From the NCBI GenBank assembly GCA_963730095.1, contig CAVSQJ010000002.1, positions 907,427-971,426 on the forward strand: DNA of 64,000 nt, in the 5' to 3' direction. The DNA is from an uncultured Acidobacteriota bacterium. GTDB taxonomy: Bacteria > Acidobacteriota > Vicinamibacteria > Vicinamibacterales > SCN-69-37. Position numbers and translations under genes: made by a program. Numbering within the stretch: the first letter of the stretch is position 1; each line of letters opens with the position of its first letter. This document shows positions 41,752 through 51,469 of the stretch, one piece after another. Under the pieces are notes generated by a model. The model was given only the letters and a program-made list of their open reading frames with translations, made no database searches and was not told the DNA's origin.

Positions 41752-41901
41752 TGTTATTGAAGATTTTTGGATCTGGAGATTGAAGATTTGATTGAGCGAT
41801 TGAAGAATTGAAGATCGAGGATTCTGCCCGCGCTTGTCAATCCTCAATCGTCAATTCTTTCAATTCAATCTTCAATCACTAGATCAACAAATCTTCAATG
41901 G
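41752..41901. repeat. AT-rich ~150-bp imperfect palindrome whose arms contain tandem ATTGAAGA units
   Basis: Left arm ttattgaagatttttggatctggagattgaagatttgattgagcgattgaagaattgaagatcgaggattc. Loop ctgcccgcgctt. The reverse complement of the right arm is ccattgaagatttgttgatctagtgattgaagattgaattgaaagaattgacgattgaggattgac. Overlaps the ggt stop. Confidence 0.9.
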
Positions 41902-43630
41902 TCCTATCGGCCTGCCGGCGAAGCCTTCGCCGTCGGCATCCCTCATATCCGCCACGCCAAATGCTGTCCCCGTGATCGGATGCATCCAGATCGTCTGCGC
42001 CGATCCCTGGCTCCGCGTCGTCCGCACGTTGTGGCCGAGCGCTTTGAGCGCCTCGATGATCTTGTCCGACTCGCCGTTCTCTTCGATCGTCAGGACGTCG
42101 GGCAGCCACTGATGGTGCATGCGCGGCGCGTCGACGGCCTGCCGCCCGGCCAGGCCCCACGCCGTGACGTCGAGGACGATGTCGAGCACGGTGTTGATGA
42201 TCGTCCGACTGCCCGGCGAGCCCGTGACGAGCGCGAGCTTGCCGTTCTGCGTGACGATCGTCGGCGTCATCGAGCTGAGCATGCGCTTGCCCGGCGCGAT
42301 GAGATTCGGCGGCGTGCCGATGTCGCCCGTGAGTTCGTCTCGCCCGGCTTCTTGTTGAAATCGCCCATCTCGTTGTTGAGCAGAATCCCCGTGCCTTGCG
42401 ATGACGACGTGCGACCCGTATCCGCCCTCGAGCGTGTACGTGTTCGACACGGCCATGCCGTCCTTGTCGACGACGGAGAAGTGCGTGGTGTCCTCGGGCT
42501 CGGGCGCCTGCGGCGACCGTGACGATGTCCTTGCCCAGCTCGACGCTGCTCGACGCGTGCTTCGGGTCGATCGTCTTGATCAAGTCGCGCGCGTGCGCCT
42601 TCGAGAGTGAGCATGTCGCTCGGGCACCTTCACGAAGTCCGCGTCGCCGAGATACCGCGCGCGATCGAGATACGCGCGCCGCATCACCTCGGTTACGAGA
42701 TGAAGCGCTTCGACCGAGTCGCGCGTCCTTCTTCTGAATGTCGAGCGCTTCGAGCATGTTCAGCATCTCGACGAGCGCGATGCCGCCCGAGCTTGGCGGC
42801 GGCATCGAGATGATTTCGTAGCCGAGGAACGTGCCCTTGATCGGCGCGCGTTCCTTCGCCTGATACGCCGCAAGATCGGCCTTCGTGATGAGGCCGCCGT
42901 GCGCGGCCATGTCCTCGGCGATGCGATCGGCGATCCAGCCGGTGTAGAACACGTCGGGGCCGCCGGTCGCGATCGCCTGCAGGCTCTTGGCGAGGTCCGG
43001 CAGCACGAGCCGATCGCCCGCGGCCCATGTCGTGCCATCAGGCTTGCCGTACGCGGCGAGCGATGCGGGATACGGCTTCATCGCGCCCGCGACTTCACCC
43101 GCGAGGCCGCGCGCGAGCGACGCCGAGATCACGAAGCCCTTCGACGCGAGCTCCGCCGCGGGCGCGACGACGTCTTTCCACGGCAGCTTGCCGAAGCGCT
43201 TGTGCGCGAGCGCCATGCCGCGCACGGTGCCCGGCACGCCCGGCGCGAGATAGCCCGTGGCCGTGAGATTGCGCGCGATCTTGCCGTCTGGCCCGAGGTA
43301 CATCGTCTGCGTCGATTTCGCGGGCGCGGTCTCGCGGTAGTCGAACGTCGCCGCTTCGCCGCGAGCGGTGCGCACGACCATGAATCCGCCGCCGCCGAGG
43401 TTGCCGGCGAACGGGTGCGTGACGGCCATCGCAAACGCGGTCGCGACGGCCGCGTCGACGGCGTTGCCGCCCTTGGCCAGAATCGACGCGCCGAGATCCG
43501 ATGCGATGTCCGATGAGGAGACGACGACGCCGGCGCGCGTGCCGACGCCAAGATCGCTCGGCACGGGCTGAGAGCGCAGGCCCGAGGGTGCGAACGCGAG
43601 AGCGAGCAGGACGATGAGTGTCGTGCGCAT
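41884..43630 (-). pseudogene. ggt: gamma-glutamyltransferase, at least 5 frame breaks within ~400 bp (42331-42727)
   Basis: ATG at 43630: MRTTLIVLLALAF (signal peptide). Segments that must be joined: ...EALDIQKKDA | DSVEALHLVTEVMRRAYLDRARYLGDADFVKVPE | LSKAHARDLIKTIDPKHASSSVELGKDIVTVAAGA | PEPEDTTHFSVVDKDGMAVSNTYTLEGGYGSHVVIA | GTGILLNNEMGDFNKKPGETN | LTGDIGTPPNLIAPGKRMLSSMTP...DAPRMHHQW... Catalytic Thr context DTTHF is intact. Confidence 0.85.
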
Positions 43631-43661
43631 GGTTCGATTTCGGTCAGGGTATACCAAACGT

Positions 43662-43775
43662 AGGCTTAGGGCTTAAGGCTTAAGGCTGAGGGATGAACGA
43701 TGAACGCTGGCGGTTGGAGCGCCCCAAGCCCCAAGGCCCTAAGCCCCGAAGCCCCAAGCCCGAAGCCCCAAGCCT
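43662..43775. repeat. hairpin element: 4 x GCTTARG units, core with atgaacg x2, then ~7 inverted CCCNAAGC units
   Basis: aggcttagggcttaaggcttaaggctgaggg | atgaacgatgaacgctggcggttggagcg | ccccaagccccaaggccctaagccccgaagccccaagcccgaagccccaagcct. Lies in the divergent spacer between ggt (43630) and 43803. Confidence 0.9.
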
Positions 43776-43802
43776 GCTACCATCCCCCGCGCGGAGGCAG
43801 CA

Positions 43803-44243
43803 GTGAGCTCAATCAACATCGGCCGGGTGCTGACGGGCGGCATCGCCGCGGGCGCGGTTCTGAACGCGTGCGATTTCGTGATCAACAACTTCATCCTCAA
43901 CGAGGCGTGGCAGCGCGTTCAGCAGGCGAGAAACGTCGACGTCGCGGCCGCGAGCGGCAGCATGGAGCTCGTGAAGTTCATCGCCATCGACTTCGTCCTC
44001 GGCCTGCTGATCGTCTGGGTCTACGCGGCGATCCGGCCGCGGCTCGGGCCCGGGCCGACGACGGCGGCGACGGCGGCGCTCGTGATTTTCGGCGCGGGCG
44101 CGCTGAATATGGCGTCGTTTGCCCCCTGGTTTTTCTCCTGGGACATGTTCATCCGTTCCGGGACGCTCGGCTTGATCTCGATGCTGGCGGCCGGCTGGGC
44201 GGGCGGCTGGGTGTACAGCGAGCCGGGAGAAATTCAGGACTAG
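43803..44243 (+). CDS. hypothetical integral membrane protein (~4 TM)
   Basis: GTG at 43803 after GGAGG. Hydrophobic segments GRVLTGGIAAGAVLNACDFVI, FIAIDFVLGLLIVWVYAAI, AATAALVIFGAGALNMASF, LGLISMLAAGWAGGWVY. Confidence 0.65.
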   Translation: MSSINIGRVLTGGIAAGAVLNACDFVINNFILNEAWQRVQQARNVDVAAASGSMELVKFIAIDFVLGLLIVWVYAAIRPRLGPGPTTAATAALVIFGAGALNMASFAPWFFSWDMFIRSGTLGLISMLAAGWAGGWVYSEPGEIQD

Positions 44244-44253
44244 CGGAGTGTTG

Positions 44254-44316
44254 GGAAAAGGACTCCGGGAATACTTTTCCGTCGTGCCCGCAAAAGTATT
44301 CCCGGAGTCCTTTTCC
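44254..44316. repeat. perfect 25-bp inverted repeat with 13-nt loop (hairpin, possible terminator or REP-like site)
   Basis: ggaaaaggactccgggaatactttt (44254-44278) / loop ccgtcgtgcccgc / aaaagtattcccggagtccttttcc (44292-44316). Starts 11 nt after the stop at 44243. Confidence 0.9.
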
Positions 44317-44400
44317 TGTATCCTCAATCTGACGGGTCGGGCGCCGCGGAGCGGCGGCGCCAGGGCTCGGCCGCGCCGGACCTCACACAGGAGGAGGCCC

Positions 44401-45009
44401 ATGACGCTAGCCCCGCTGCTGCTCGTGACCGCCACGCTGGCGAACCCGATCCCGACACCCGCGACCGCCGCTCCGGCGGTTGCGGAGCAAGCGCGGCCCG
44501 TGCCGCCGCCCCCACAAGCACAAACCGCCGCGCCGCACACGTTCTCGCTCGGCGGCTCGATCGTCGCCGGATCGAACGGCGCGACCGGTGGTTTTCAGTA
44601 CTGGATCAACCAATACGTCGGCGTCGACATGTCGGTGGGGTACTACCGCCTGCCGGGCTACGCGACTGTCAACGGGTCGAGCGGCTACACGTTCCAGACG
44701 GCGCCGTCGGTGGTGGTGCTGCTGACGAAGCCCGATCAATCACGTGAGGTGAACCTGCGTCCGTACGTCGGCGCGGGGATCAACTACGTGTCGTCCTCGC
44801 AGCCGATCGCGACCGCGGTGCCGACGACAACCGTGACGAGCGGCACCGGCATGCAGGGATTCGGCGGAGTCGAGATGACGTTTCAAGACACGCCGCGCGT
44901 GGGTGTGACGTTCGAGGCCGCGTACTACCATCTGCCGTCTGGCTTCGTCGGCACCGGGTACATGGGCGGCATGAACTATCTCATCGGGCTCCACTTCTAC
45001 TTGAAGTAG
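44401..45009 (+). CDS. small outer-membrane beta-barrel protein
   Basis: ATG at 44401 after AGGAGGAGG. Signal-like N-terminus. Alternating strands; ends NYLIGLHFYLK. Confidence 0.7.
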   Translation: MTLAPLLLVTATLANPIPTPATAAPAVAEQARPVPPPPQAQTAAPHTFSLGGSIVAGSNGATGGFQYWINQYVGVDMSVGYYRLPGYATVNGSSGYTFQTAPSVVVLLTKPDQSREVNLRPYVGAGINYVSSSQPIATAVPTTTVTSGTGMQGFGGVEMTFQDTPRVGVTFEAAYYHLPSGFVGTGYMGGMNYLIGLHFYLK

Positions 45010-45019
45010 ATCCCGCCTC

Positions 45020-46014
45020 TCACGACATCAACATCGCCAGGAGCGCCTTCTGCGTGTGCAGGCGGTTCTCCGCCTGATCGAAGACGACCGACGCGGATGA
45101 GTCGATGACCGAGTCGGTCACTTCGTGGCCGCGGTGCGCCGGCAGGCAGTGCATGAAGACGGCGTCCGGACCCGCGGCGGTCATCAGCGCGTCGTTCACC
45201 TGATACGGCTGGAACACGCGCGCGCGCGATTCGGTTTGATCTTCCTGGCCCATCGACGCCCAGACGTCGGTGTAGACCGCGTCGGCGCCGCGTGCGGCGG
45301 CGACGGGATCGTTCGTGACGGTCACGGTCGCGCCGAACGCGGCGACGGACTGCGCGCTCTCGACGACCCCGGCCGACAGCTCGAAGCCGGCGGGCGACGC
45401 GATGCGGATGTTCACGCCGAGCATCGCACCGGCTTGCGCGAGCGACGCGGCGACGTTGTTGCCGTCGCCGACGAACGCGATCGTGCGGCCCGCCAGATCG
45501 CCGAGACTGCTCCTGAGTGTCAGCATGTCGGCGAGCGCCTGGCACGGATGCTCCTCGTCGGTGAGCGCGTTGACCACGCGCAGCTTCGGCGCGGCGGCGG
45601 CGAACTGCGCGAGCCTGTGCTGCGCGAACGTGCGGACGACGGCGCCGTGCACCCAGCGCTCGAGGTTCCGCGCCACGTCCTCGACCGATTCGCGGCTACC
45701 GAGCGCGACGTCCGCGGGCGGCTCGATGACTTCGCCGCCGAGCTCGCGGACCGCGATCACGAACGTCGAGCGCGTGCGGAGCGACGGCTTCTCGAACAGC
45801 ATCGCGATGTGGCGGCCGGCGAGCGGCTGGTCGCCGGCGTCGCCCGTGCCGCGGCGGCGCTTCATGTCGGCCGCGAGCGCCAGCACCCGATCGATCTCGC
45901 CGTTGCGCAGGTCCAGAATCGAGAGGAAATCCTTCGCCGAGAGCGGCGGCGCGGCCGGGCGGCGCGCCGCAGCGGGATCACGTCCTTCGATTTCTGAGGT
46001 GCCTGAAGACTCAT
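45020..46014 (-). CDS. argF: ornithine carbamoyltransferase (5' end ambiguous; probable frame break near 45965-45975)
   Basis: [30 protein letters not shown]. The ATG at 46014 overlaps the argJ stop (ATGA) but lies in another frame than the body. The only in-frame start is the GTG at 46060, which gives a 50-nt overlap. GC3 favours the ATG frame down to ~45970. Confidence 0.8.
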
Positions 46015-47254
46015 GTCCGATACTCCGCGTTGATGCGCACGTACTCTGCGCTGAAATCACAGGTCCACATCGTGGCGTCGTAGCGCCCGCCCGTGCCGAG
46101 GTCGACCGTGACCGTCATTTCCTTCGCCGCGAGCACTTTCGCGGCTTCGTCGGCGCGCTCGTCGTGCGGCACGCCGTTGGTGAAGAGCGGCACGCTGCCG
46201 ATCGAGACCGATGCGCGATTGAGGTCGAACGCCGCGCCTGATCGACCGGCGGCCGCGACGAGCCGGCCCCAGTTGGGATCGCCGCCGTGGATCGCGGTCT
46301 TGACGAGCGGCGAGTTGGCGATCGTGCGCGCCGCGAGCCACGCGTCGGCCGACGACGCGGCGCCCGTGATGTGCACGGTGACGAGCTTGGTCGCGCCTTC
46401 ACCGCCGCGGACGATCTCGCGCGCGAGATGGCCGGCGACCGACGGACAGCGCTTCGACGAGCGCCGGATCGTCCGGCCGCGCGATCGTCACGCCCGATCG
46501 GCCGGACGCGAGCGCGAACACGCAGTCGTTCGTCGAGCACTCGCCGTCGACGGTGATCGCGTTGAACGATTCGTCGACGACGTGCCGCAGCGCGGCAGCG
46601 AGCACCGGCCGGCTCGATCTTCGCGTCCGTCGTGAGGAACGCGAGCATCGTCGCCATGCGCGGCTCGATCATGCCCGAGCCCTTGGCGATGCCGCCGACG
46701 GTAATCGGCCCCGCGGGCGTGTCGACGACGACCGCGCAGGACTTCGGAAACGGGTCGGTCGTCATGATCGCGCGCGTCGCCGCGGCCTCGCCCGACGCGC
46801 TGAGGCTCGCGCCGGCGGCGCTGACGCCCGCGCGAATCTTGTTGATGTCCAGCTGCACGCCGATGACACCCGTCGACGCGACGAGCACTTGATCGCTCGC
46901 GCAGCCAATCGTCGAGGCGGCGGTCGCGGCCATCTCACGCGCGACCTCGAGTCCGGCCTCGCCGGTGCACGCGTTCGCGCAGCCGCTGTTGACGACGATC
47001 GCGCGCGCGCGTCCGCCGGAGCGGGCGAGATGCTCGCGCGAGATGATGACGGGCGCGGCGACGGCCTTGTTGGTCGTGAAGACCGCCGCGGCCGCGACGG
47101 GCTCGTCGGCCACGATCATCGCGAGATCGAGCGGAGCCGTTTGGCTTCCGGCCGGTCGGCGCTTGATGCCGCACGCGACGCCCGCGGCCCGGAAGCCGGC
47201 GGGCGCGGTCACGCTGCCCTCGATCCGACGCGCCACGGATTTCGTGCCGATCAC
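46011..47254 (-). pseudogene. argJ: bifunctional ornithine acetyltransferase / N-acetylglutamate synthase, two frame breaks (~46603-46610, ~46448-46454)
   Basis: GTG at 47254 overlaps the GNAT stop (GTGA). ...GSGMIEPRMATMLAFLTTDAKIEPA | VLAAALRHVVDESFNAITVDGECSTNDCVFALASG...ALSV | VAGHLAREIVRGGEGATKLVTVHITGA...[15 protein letters not shown]. Each junction behaves as one extra base. Confidence 0.85.
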
Positions 47255-47766
47255 GCGACGGCCACCTTGCGGGCCGGAGCGGGCACGCGGTACTTCGCCA
47301 CCGCGCGGAGCGACAGAATCATCGCGAACTGTCCGCACTTGCGGAAGAGCGGACACGAGACGCAGTCGGTGGCGATCTTCTCGGGCACCCACAGGTGCGG
47401 GACGATGGAGAAGTTCTGACGGACGAAGAAGCGCGCGTCGTGCGTGAAGGCGCAGAGCGTTTCGTATCCGGTCGCGCGGGCGCGATCGCGCAGGTGCGAG
47501 ACGAGCCTGGCGGCGAGGCCGACGCGGCGGAATTCGCGCGAGACCACGAGCGAGCGTACCTCGGCGACACGCGAAGACAACGGCGCGAGCTCGGCCGACG
47601 CGGTAATCGCGCCGCCGACGTCGCATACGACGAACCGGCTGGCGTGCTTGCGCAGTTCCTCGAGCGTGCGCGGAAGCAAATGCCCCTCGCGCTGGTGCGC
47701 GCTGATGAGCGCGTGAAGCGCCTCGGCATCCGCCGCGGTCGCCTGTCTCAGAACGAAATCAGCCAC
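47251..47766 (-). CDS. GNAT-family N-acetyltransferase (short N-acetylglutamate-synthase-like)
   Basis: GTG at 47766. ...RVAEVRSLVVSREFRRVGLAARLV (acetyl-CoA motif A-like). Embedded in the arg operon. Confidence 0.75.
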   Translation of the reverse strand: MADFVLRQATAADAEALHALISAHQREGHLLPRTLEELRKHASRFVVCDVGGAITASAELAPLSSRVAEVRSLVVSREFRRVGLAARLVSHLRDRARATGYETLCAFTHDARFFVRQNFSIVPHLWVPEKIATDCVSCPLFRKCGQFAMILSLRAVAKYRVPAPARKVAVA

Positions 47767-47778
47767 TCTGGGTTCCTC

Positions 47779-47828
47779 TCTTAGGCGCTTAGGGCTTAGG
47801 GCTTAAGGCTTAAAGCTTGGGGCTTAGG
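47779..47828. repeat. one-armed array of 7 x GCTTARG 7-nt units (same unit as 43662-43692)
   Basis: tcttagg cgcttagg gcttagg gcttaag gcttaaa gcttggg gcttagg. Fills the spacer between the argD stop and the GNAT start. GGGTTCC lies immediately upstream (47770-47776). Confidence 0.9.
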
Positions 47829-49022
47829 CTCCGCCCACGATCGCTTCCAAAATCTCCAACGCCTCGTCCACTTCCGCCGTCGTGACGATGTACGGCGGCA
47901 GCATGCGGATCACGGTCGTCGACGTCCGGTTGACGAGCAGGCCACGCTCGAGCGCCGCATTGACGACCGGCGAGGCGTCGTTCTTCAAATCGAGACCGGC
48001 GATCAAACCCGCGCCACGCACTTCAGTGACGGCTTCCGGATGCCGAGCCGCGAGCGCGCGCAAGCCTCCGAACAGATGGGCGCTCACCGCCGCCATCGAC
48101 GCGCGAAGGTTCTCGTCCACCGTGTCGAGAAACACGAGCGCCGCGCGGCAGGCGAGCAGATTGCCGCCGTAGGTCGTACCGTGATCGCCAGGCGCCGCCG
48201 CGTCCGCCACCTTTTCGCTGAGCATCGCGGCGCCAATCGGCACGCCCGCGCCGAGCGCCTTGCCGAGCGCGACGAGATCGGGCGACAGGCCGAACTTCGG
48301 GCTCGCGAGGAACTCGCCGGTTCGGAACGAACCGCTCTGCACTTCGTCGGCGATCAGGAGCGCGCCGGTGCGCTCGCACGCCGCGCGAATCGCTTTCGCG
48401 AGCGCCGCGGAGATCGGCCGCACGCCGCCTTCGCCCTGCATGGGCTCGACGATGATCGCGGCGGTGTTCGAGTCGACGGCCGACGCGAGCGCGGCCGGAT
48501 CGTTCGCGTCCACGAACGTCACCCCGGGAATGAGCGGCGCGAACGGCGCGCGGTAGTGGTCGTCGCCGTCACCGACAGCGATCCCATCGTCCGTCCGTGG
48601 AACGAGTGAGTGAACGCGACGAACTTCGTGCGCGTCGTCTCGCCGCGCGTGTGCCAGTAGCGGCGAGCGAATTTCAGACACGCTTCGATGGCTTCCGTGC
48701 CGCTGTTGCAGAAGAACGCGCGGTCGAGGCCGGTGAGCGCGGTGAGCCGCGCCGCCAGCTCGCCCTGCAGCGGATGAAAGTACAGATTCGACGTGTGGAT
48801 CAGCTGCGTCGCCTGCGCCGCGAGGGCGCGCGCGAGCGCCGGATGCGCGTGGCCGAGCGACGCGACGCCGATGCCCGAGATGAAATCGAGATAGCCGCGC
48901 CCGTGCTCGTCGAACAGCCGGATGCCCTCGCCGCGCTCCAGCACGATCGGAAAGCGACGGTAGATCTGCAGCACGTGCTGCGATTCGAGGGCACGAACAT
49001 CCGTGGCGGAGGACGTGGTCAT
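47824..49022 (-). pseudogene. argD: acetylornithine aminotransferase, one frame break (~48565-48572, behaves as 1-nt deletion)
   Basis: ATG at 49022: MTTSSATDVRALESQHVLQIYRRFPIVLERGEG...FHGRTMGSLSVT | (G)DDHYRAPFAPLIPGVTFV...LIADEVQSG... Confidence 0.85.
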
Positions 49023-49033
49023 CGGAAGATCCG

Positions 49034-49873
49034 TCAGGCCGACTGCCGGCGCACGGCGTCGAGCGAAAGAATGAGCGTGGTGCCGAGCGCGTCCTCGACA
49101 CCGCGGGTGGCATCGAGCTGGCGACCGTCGACGATACGAACGCTCGACACGCCTTCGAGCAGCGCGTTGCGGCACGCGGAGAGCTTTGCGACCATGCCGG
49201 CCGTCGCCGTGCCGCGTGCGATCACACTGTCGATCCCGGCGGCGTCGAGCGTCGGAATCGGCTCGCCCTGCTCGTCGAGCACACCGGGCGTGCCGCCCGC
49301 GATCACGAGGTCGCTGGCCTCGAGTGCGGCGGCCAGGCGGCAGGCCATGACGTCCGCGTTGACGTTCAGAATGTTCTGCGCGCCCGTCGCTGGACGCGCG
49401 TCGAGGCCGAGGCTCGCAACGACCGGCACGTACCCGTGCACGAGCAACAGCTCGATGAGCGACGCGTCGACAGCCGCCGCGTCGCCGACAAGGCCGAGAT
49501 CGACAATTGCCCCGGTCGTCGACCGATGCGCCGCCACGCGATTCGCGCGGCCGAGGCCCGCATCCACGCCCGTGAGGCCAACCGCCGCGACGCCGCCTTC
49601 GACCAGCGCCGCGACGAGCTCGGTGTTCGCCGAGCCGCCGAGCACCGCCACGACAACGTCGAGCGTCGCCGGATCGGTGATGCGCAAGCCGTCGATTTTC
49701 TTTGGCGCGATGCCGCGGCGATCGAGCTCCGCGTCAATGGCCCGCCCGCCGCCGTGCACGATCGCGAGCGGCCGCTGCGACGCCAGCGATGCGGCCGCCG
49801 CCGCGATGCGCGCGCGCTGCTCCGCAGTTTCGAGGAGCTCGCCTCCAAGCTTGAGGATCAGCGGGCCGCTCAC
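49034..49873 (-). CDS. argB: acetylglutamate kinase
   Basis: GTG at 49873 overlaps the argC stop (GTGA). VSGPLILKLGGELL...LAIVHGGG...NVNAD. Confidence 0.88.
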   Translation of the reverse strand: MSGPLILKLGGELLETAEQRARIAAAAASLASQRPLAIVHGGGRAIDAELDRRGIAPKKIDGLRITDPATLDVVVAVLGGSANTELVAALVEGGVAAVGLTGVDAGLGRANRVAAHRSTTGAIVDLGLVGDAAAVDASLIELLLVHGYVPVVASLGLDARPATGAQNILNVNADVMACRLAAALEASDLVIAGGTPGVLDEQGEPIPTLDAAGIDSVIARGTATAGMVAKLSACRNALLEGVSSVRIVDGRQLDATRGVEDALGTTLILSLDAVRRQSA

Positions 49874-50872
49874 AGCAGCGCCGTCCGTTCGTCGAACCCG
49901 AACGCGACGTTGAAATTCTGCAGTGCCTGGCCGGCCGCGCCCTTCACGAGGTTGTCGAGACACGCGACGATCACCAGCCGGCGCGACCCGGCGTCGAACC
50001 GCCAGCCGATGTCGCAGAAATTCGTCCACGCGACGTGTTTGATCTCCGGCAGCGCGTCGCCCGTGAGCCGTACGAACGGCTCGTCGCCGTACGCGGCCGT
50101 GAAGGTGTCGTGAATCTTTTCGATCGTCGTGCCTCCAGCGACCTTCGCGTAGATCGTCTCGAGAATGCCGCGGTCGAGCGGTACGAGGTGCGGGACGAAC
50201 GTGATCGTCGCGCCGAGCTCCTGCTCCATCTCGGCGACGTGGCGATGGCCGAAGATGCCGTACGCGGAGACCGAGCCGTGATTCTCCGAGAAGTGCGTGC
50301 GATCGGTGGCGGCCCGGCCCGCGCCGGAGATGCCCGACTTCGCGTCGATGACAACGTCGTTCGAGGTGTCGAGCAGATCCCGCCTTCGCGAGCGGCAACA
50401 GCGCGAGCAGCGCGGCCGTCGGATAGCAGCCGGGATTGGCGACGAGCGCCGCGCCGCGCACGTCAGCCTTATAGTGTTCCGTGAGACCGTACGCCGCGCC
50501 GTGCGGCAACGTTTTCGTCTCCGGATACCACCGCGACCGTGCCGCGTCGTCACGAATGCGAAACGCGCCGGAGAGATCGATGACGCGTACACCGGCGTCG
50601 ACGAGCGGCGGCGCAAGCTCCGCGGCCGCCTTTTCAGGCACCGCAAGAAACGCGAGATCAAGATTTGATGCGAGTCGCGCCTGATTGAGCGGCTCGACCT
50701 GACCATCCCACACGCGCGCGAGACGAGGCAGCGGGCGAGCCGCCGAATCGGCCGACGACGACATGGCCATATCCAGCCGGACGTTCGGGTGCCTTGCCAG
50801 GAGCGCGATCAACTCTTGCCCCGCGTACCCTGTCGCCCCGGCCACTCCCACCCGCACTGAACCCGAATACAT
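49870..50872 (-). pseudogene. argC: N-acetyl-gamma-glutamyl-phosphate reductase, one frame break (~50375-50385)
   Basis: ATG at 50872: MYSGSVRVGVAGATGYAGQEL...ANPGCYPTAALLALLPLAKA | (G)LLDTSNDVVIDAKSGISGAGR... Confidence 0.85.
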
Positions 50873-50877
50873 ATTCA
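50864..50877. promoter_or_regulatory. ARG-box-like palindrome overlapping the argC start codon
   Basis: cGAATACATATTCA matches 13 of 14 positions of the core TGAAT-N4-ATTCA. It lies in the AT-rich divergent argC/argR spacer. Confidence 0.45.
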
Positions 50878-50963
50878 CCAAGAACACTACATATACAATG
50901 TCAGGATTCTGACGTCAAGGGGGAAAACAGCGGTTTGAGTACGGTAAACACGTACGAAATCGC

Positions 50964-50994
50964 TTGCACGTCGGGTATTCATCGCCTGTATAAT
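50964..50994 (+). promoter_or_regulatory. candidate argR promoter (TTGCAC-N19-tgTATAAT)
   Basis: ttgcac at 50964-50969 and an extended -10 tgtataat ending at 50994. The spacing is longer than ideal. A TATTCA half ARG box lies between them. Confidence 0.35.
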
Positions 50995-51016
50995 GGCAGA
51001 CGCCTTCTGGATAGTT

Positions 51017-51466
51017 ATGAAGTCCTGGCGCCAAGCCCAGATTCTCGACGTCATCGATCACGAGCCGATTGCCTCGCAGGAGGCCCTGCGGCAGAAGCTG
51101 CAGGCCCGCGGCATCGGCGCGACCCAGGCCACGATCTCCCGTGATCTCAAGGACTTAGGGCTTGTCAAGCGCGCGGGCGATGGCGCGTACGTGCGTCCTG
51201 GAACCGAGCGGGCGAGCCCGGTCGTGAGCGAACAGTTGAGGCGCGCCGTCGCCTCGCTCGTCCGCGGCATCGAGCGCGTCGACCCGCTCGTCGTCGTCCG
51301 CACGGACCGCGGCCAGGCGCAGGGGTTGGCGGAGTGGATCGATCGCGCGCAACTGGTGGAAGTCGCGGGGACGGTCGCCGGCGACGACACGATTCTTTTG
51401 ATCTGCCGCGGCGCGGAGGCGGCGTACCGGCTCGAAGCGAAGCTCAGCGGCATGGTGAAGGGGTAG
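51017..51466 (+). CDS. argR: arginine repressor
   Basis: MKSWRQAQILDVIDHEPIASQEALRQKLQARGIGATQATISRDLKDLGLVK. An upstream in-frame ATG at 50993 would sit inside the putative -10. Confidence 0.88.
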   Translation: MKSWRQAQILDVIDHEPIASQEALRQKLQARGIGATQATISRDLKDLGLVKRAGDGAYVRPGTERASPVVSEQLRRAVASLVRGIERVDPLVVVRTDRGQAQGLAEWIDRAQLVEVAGTVAGDDTILLICRGAEAAYRLEAKLSGMVKG

Positions 51467-51469
51467 GCG

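Noticed and set aside
43700-44332. 210-aa ORF starting MNAGGWSAPSPKALSPEAPSPKPQ
   Set aside because: Its N-terminus is the translation of the CCCNAAGC repeat arm, and the remainder is out of frame with the hydrophobic membrane protein encoded at 43803..44243.
46015-46060. GTG at 46060 as the argF start
   Set aside because: It would overlap argJ by 50 nt, and its first ~15 codons have low GC3. The ATG at 46014, with its ATGA overlap, fits the coupling pattern of the rest of the operon, although it then requires a frame correction near 45970. The question is left open in the feature note.
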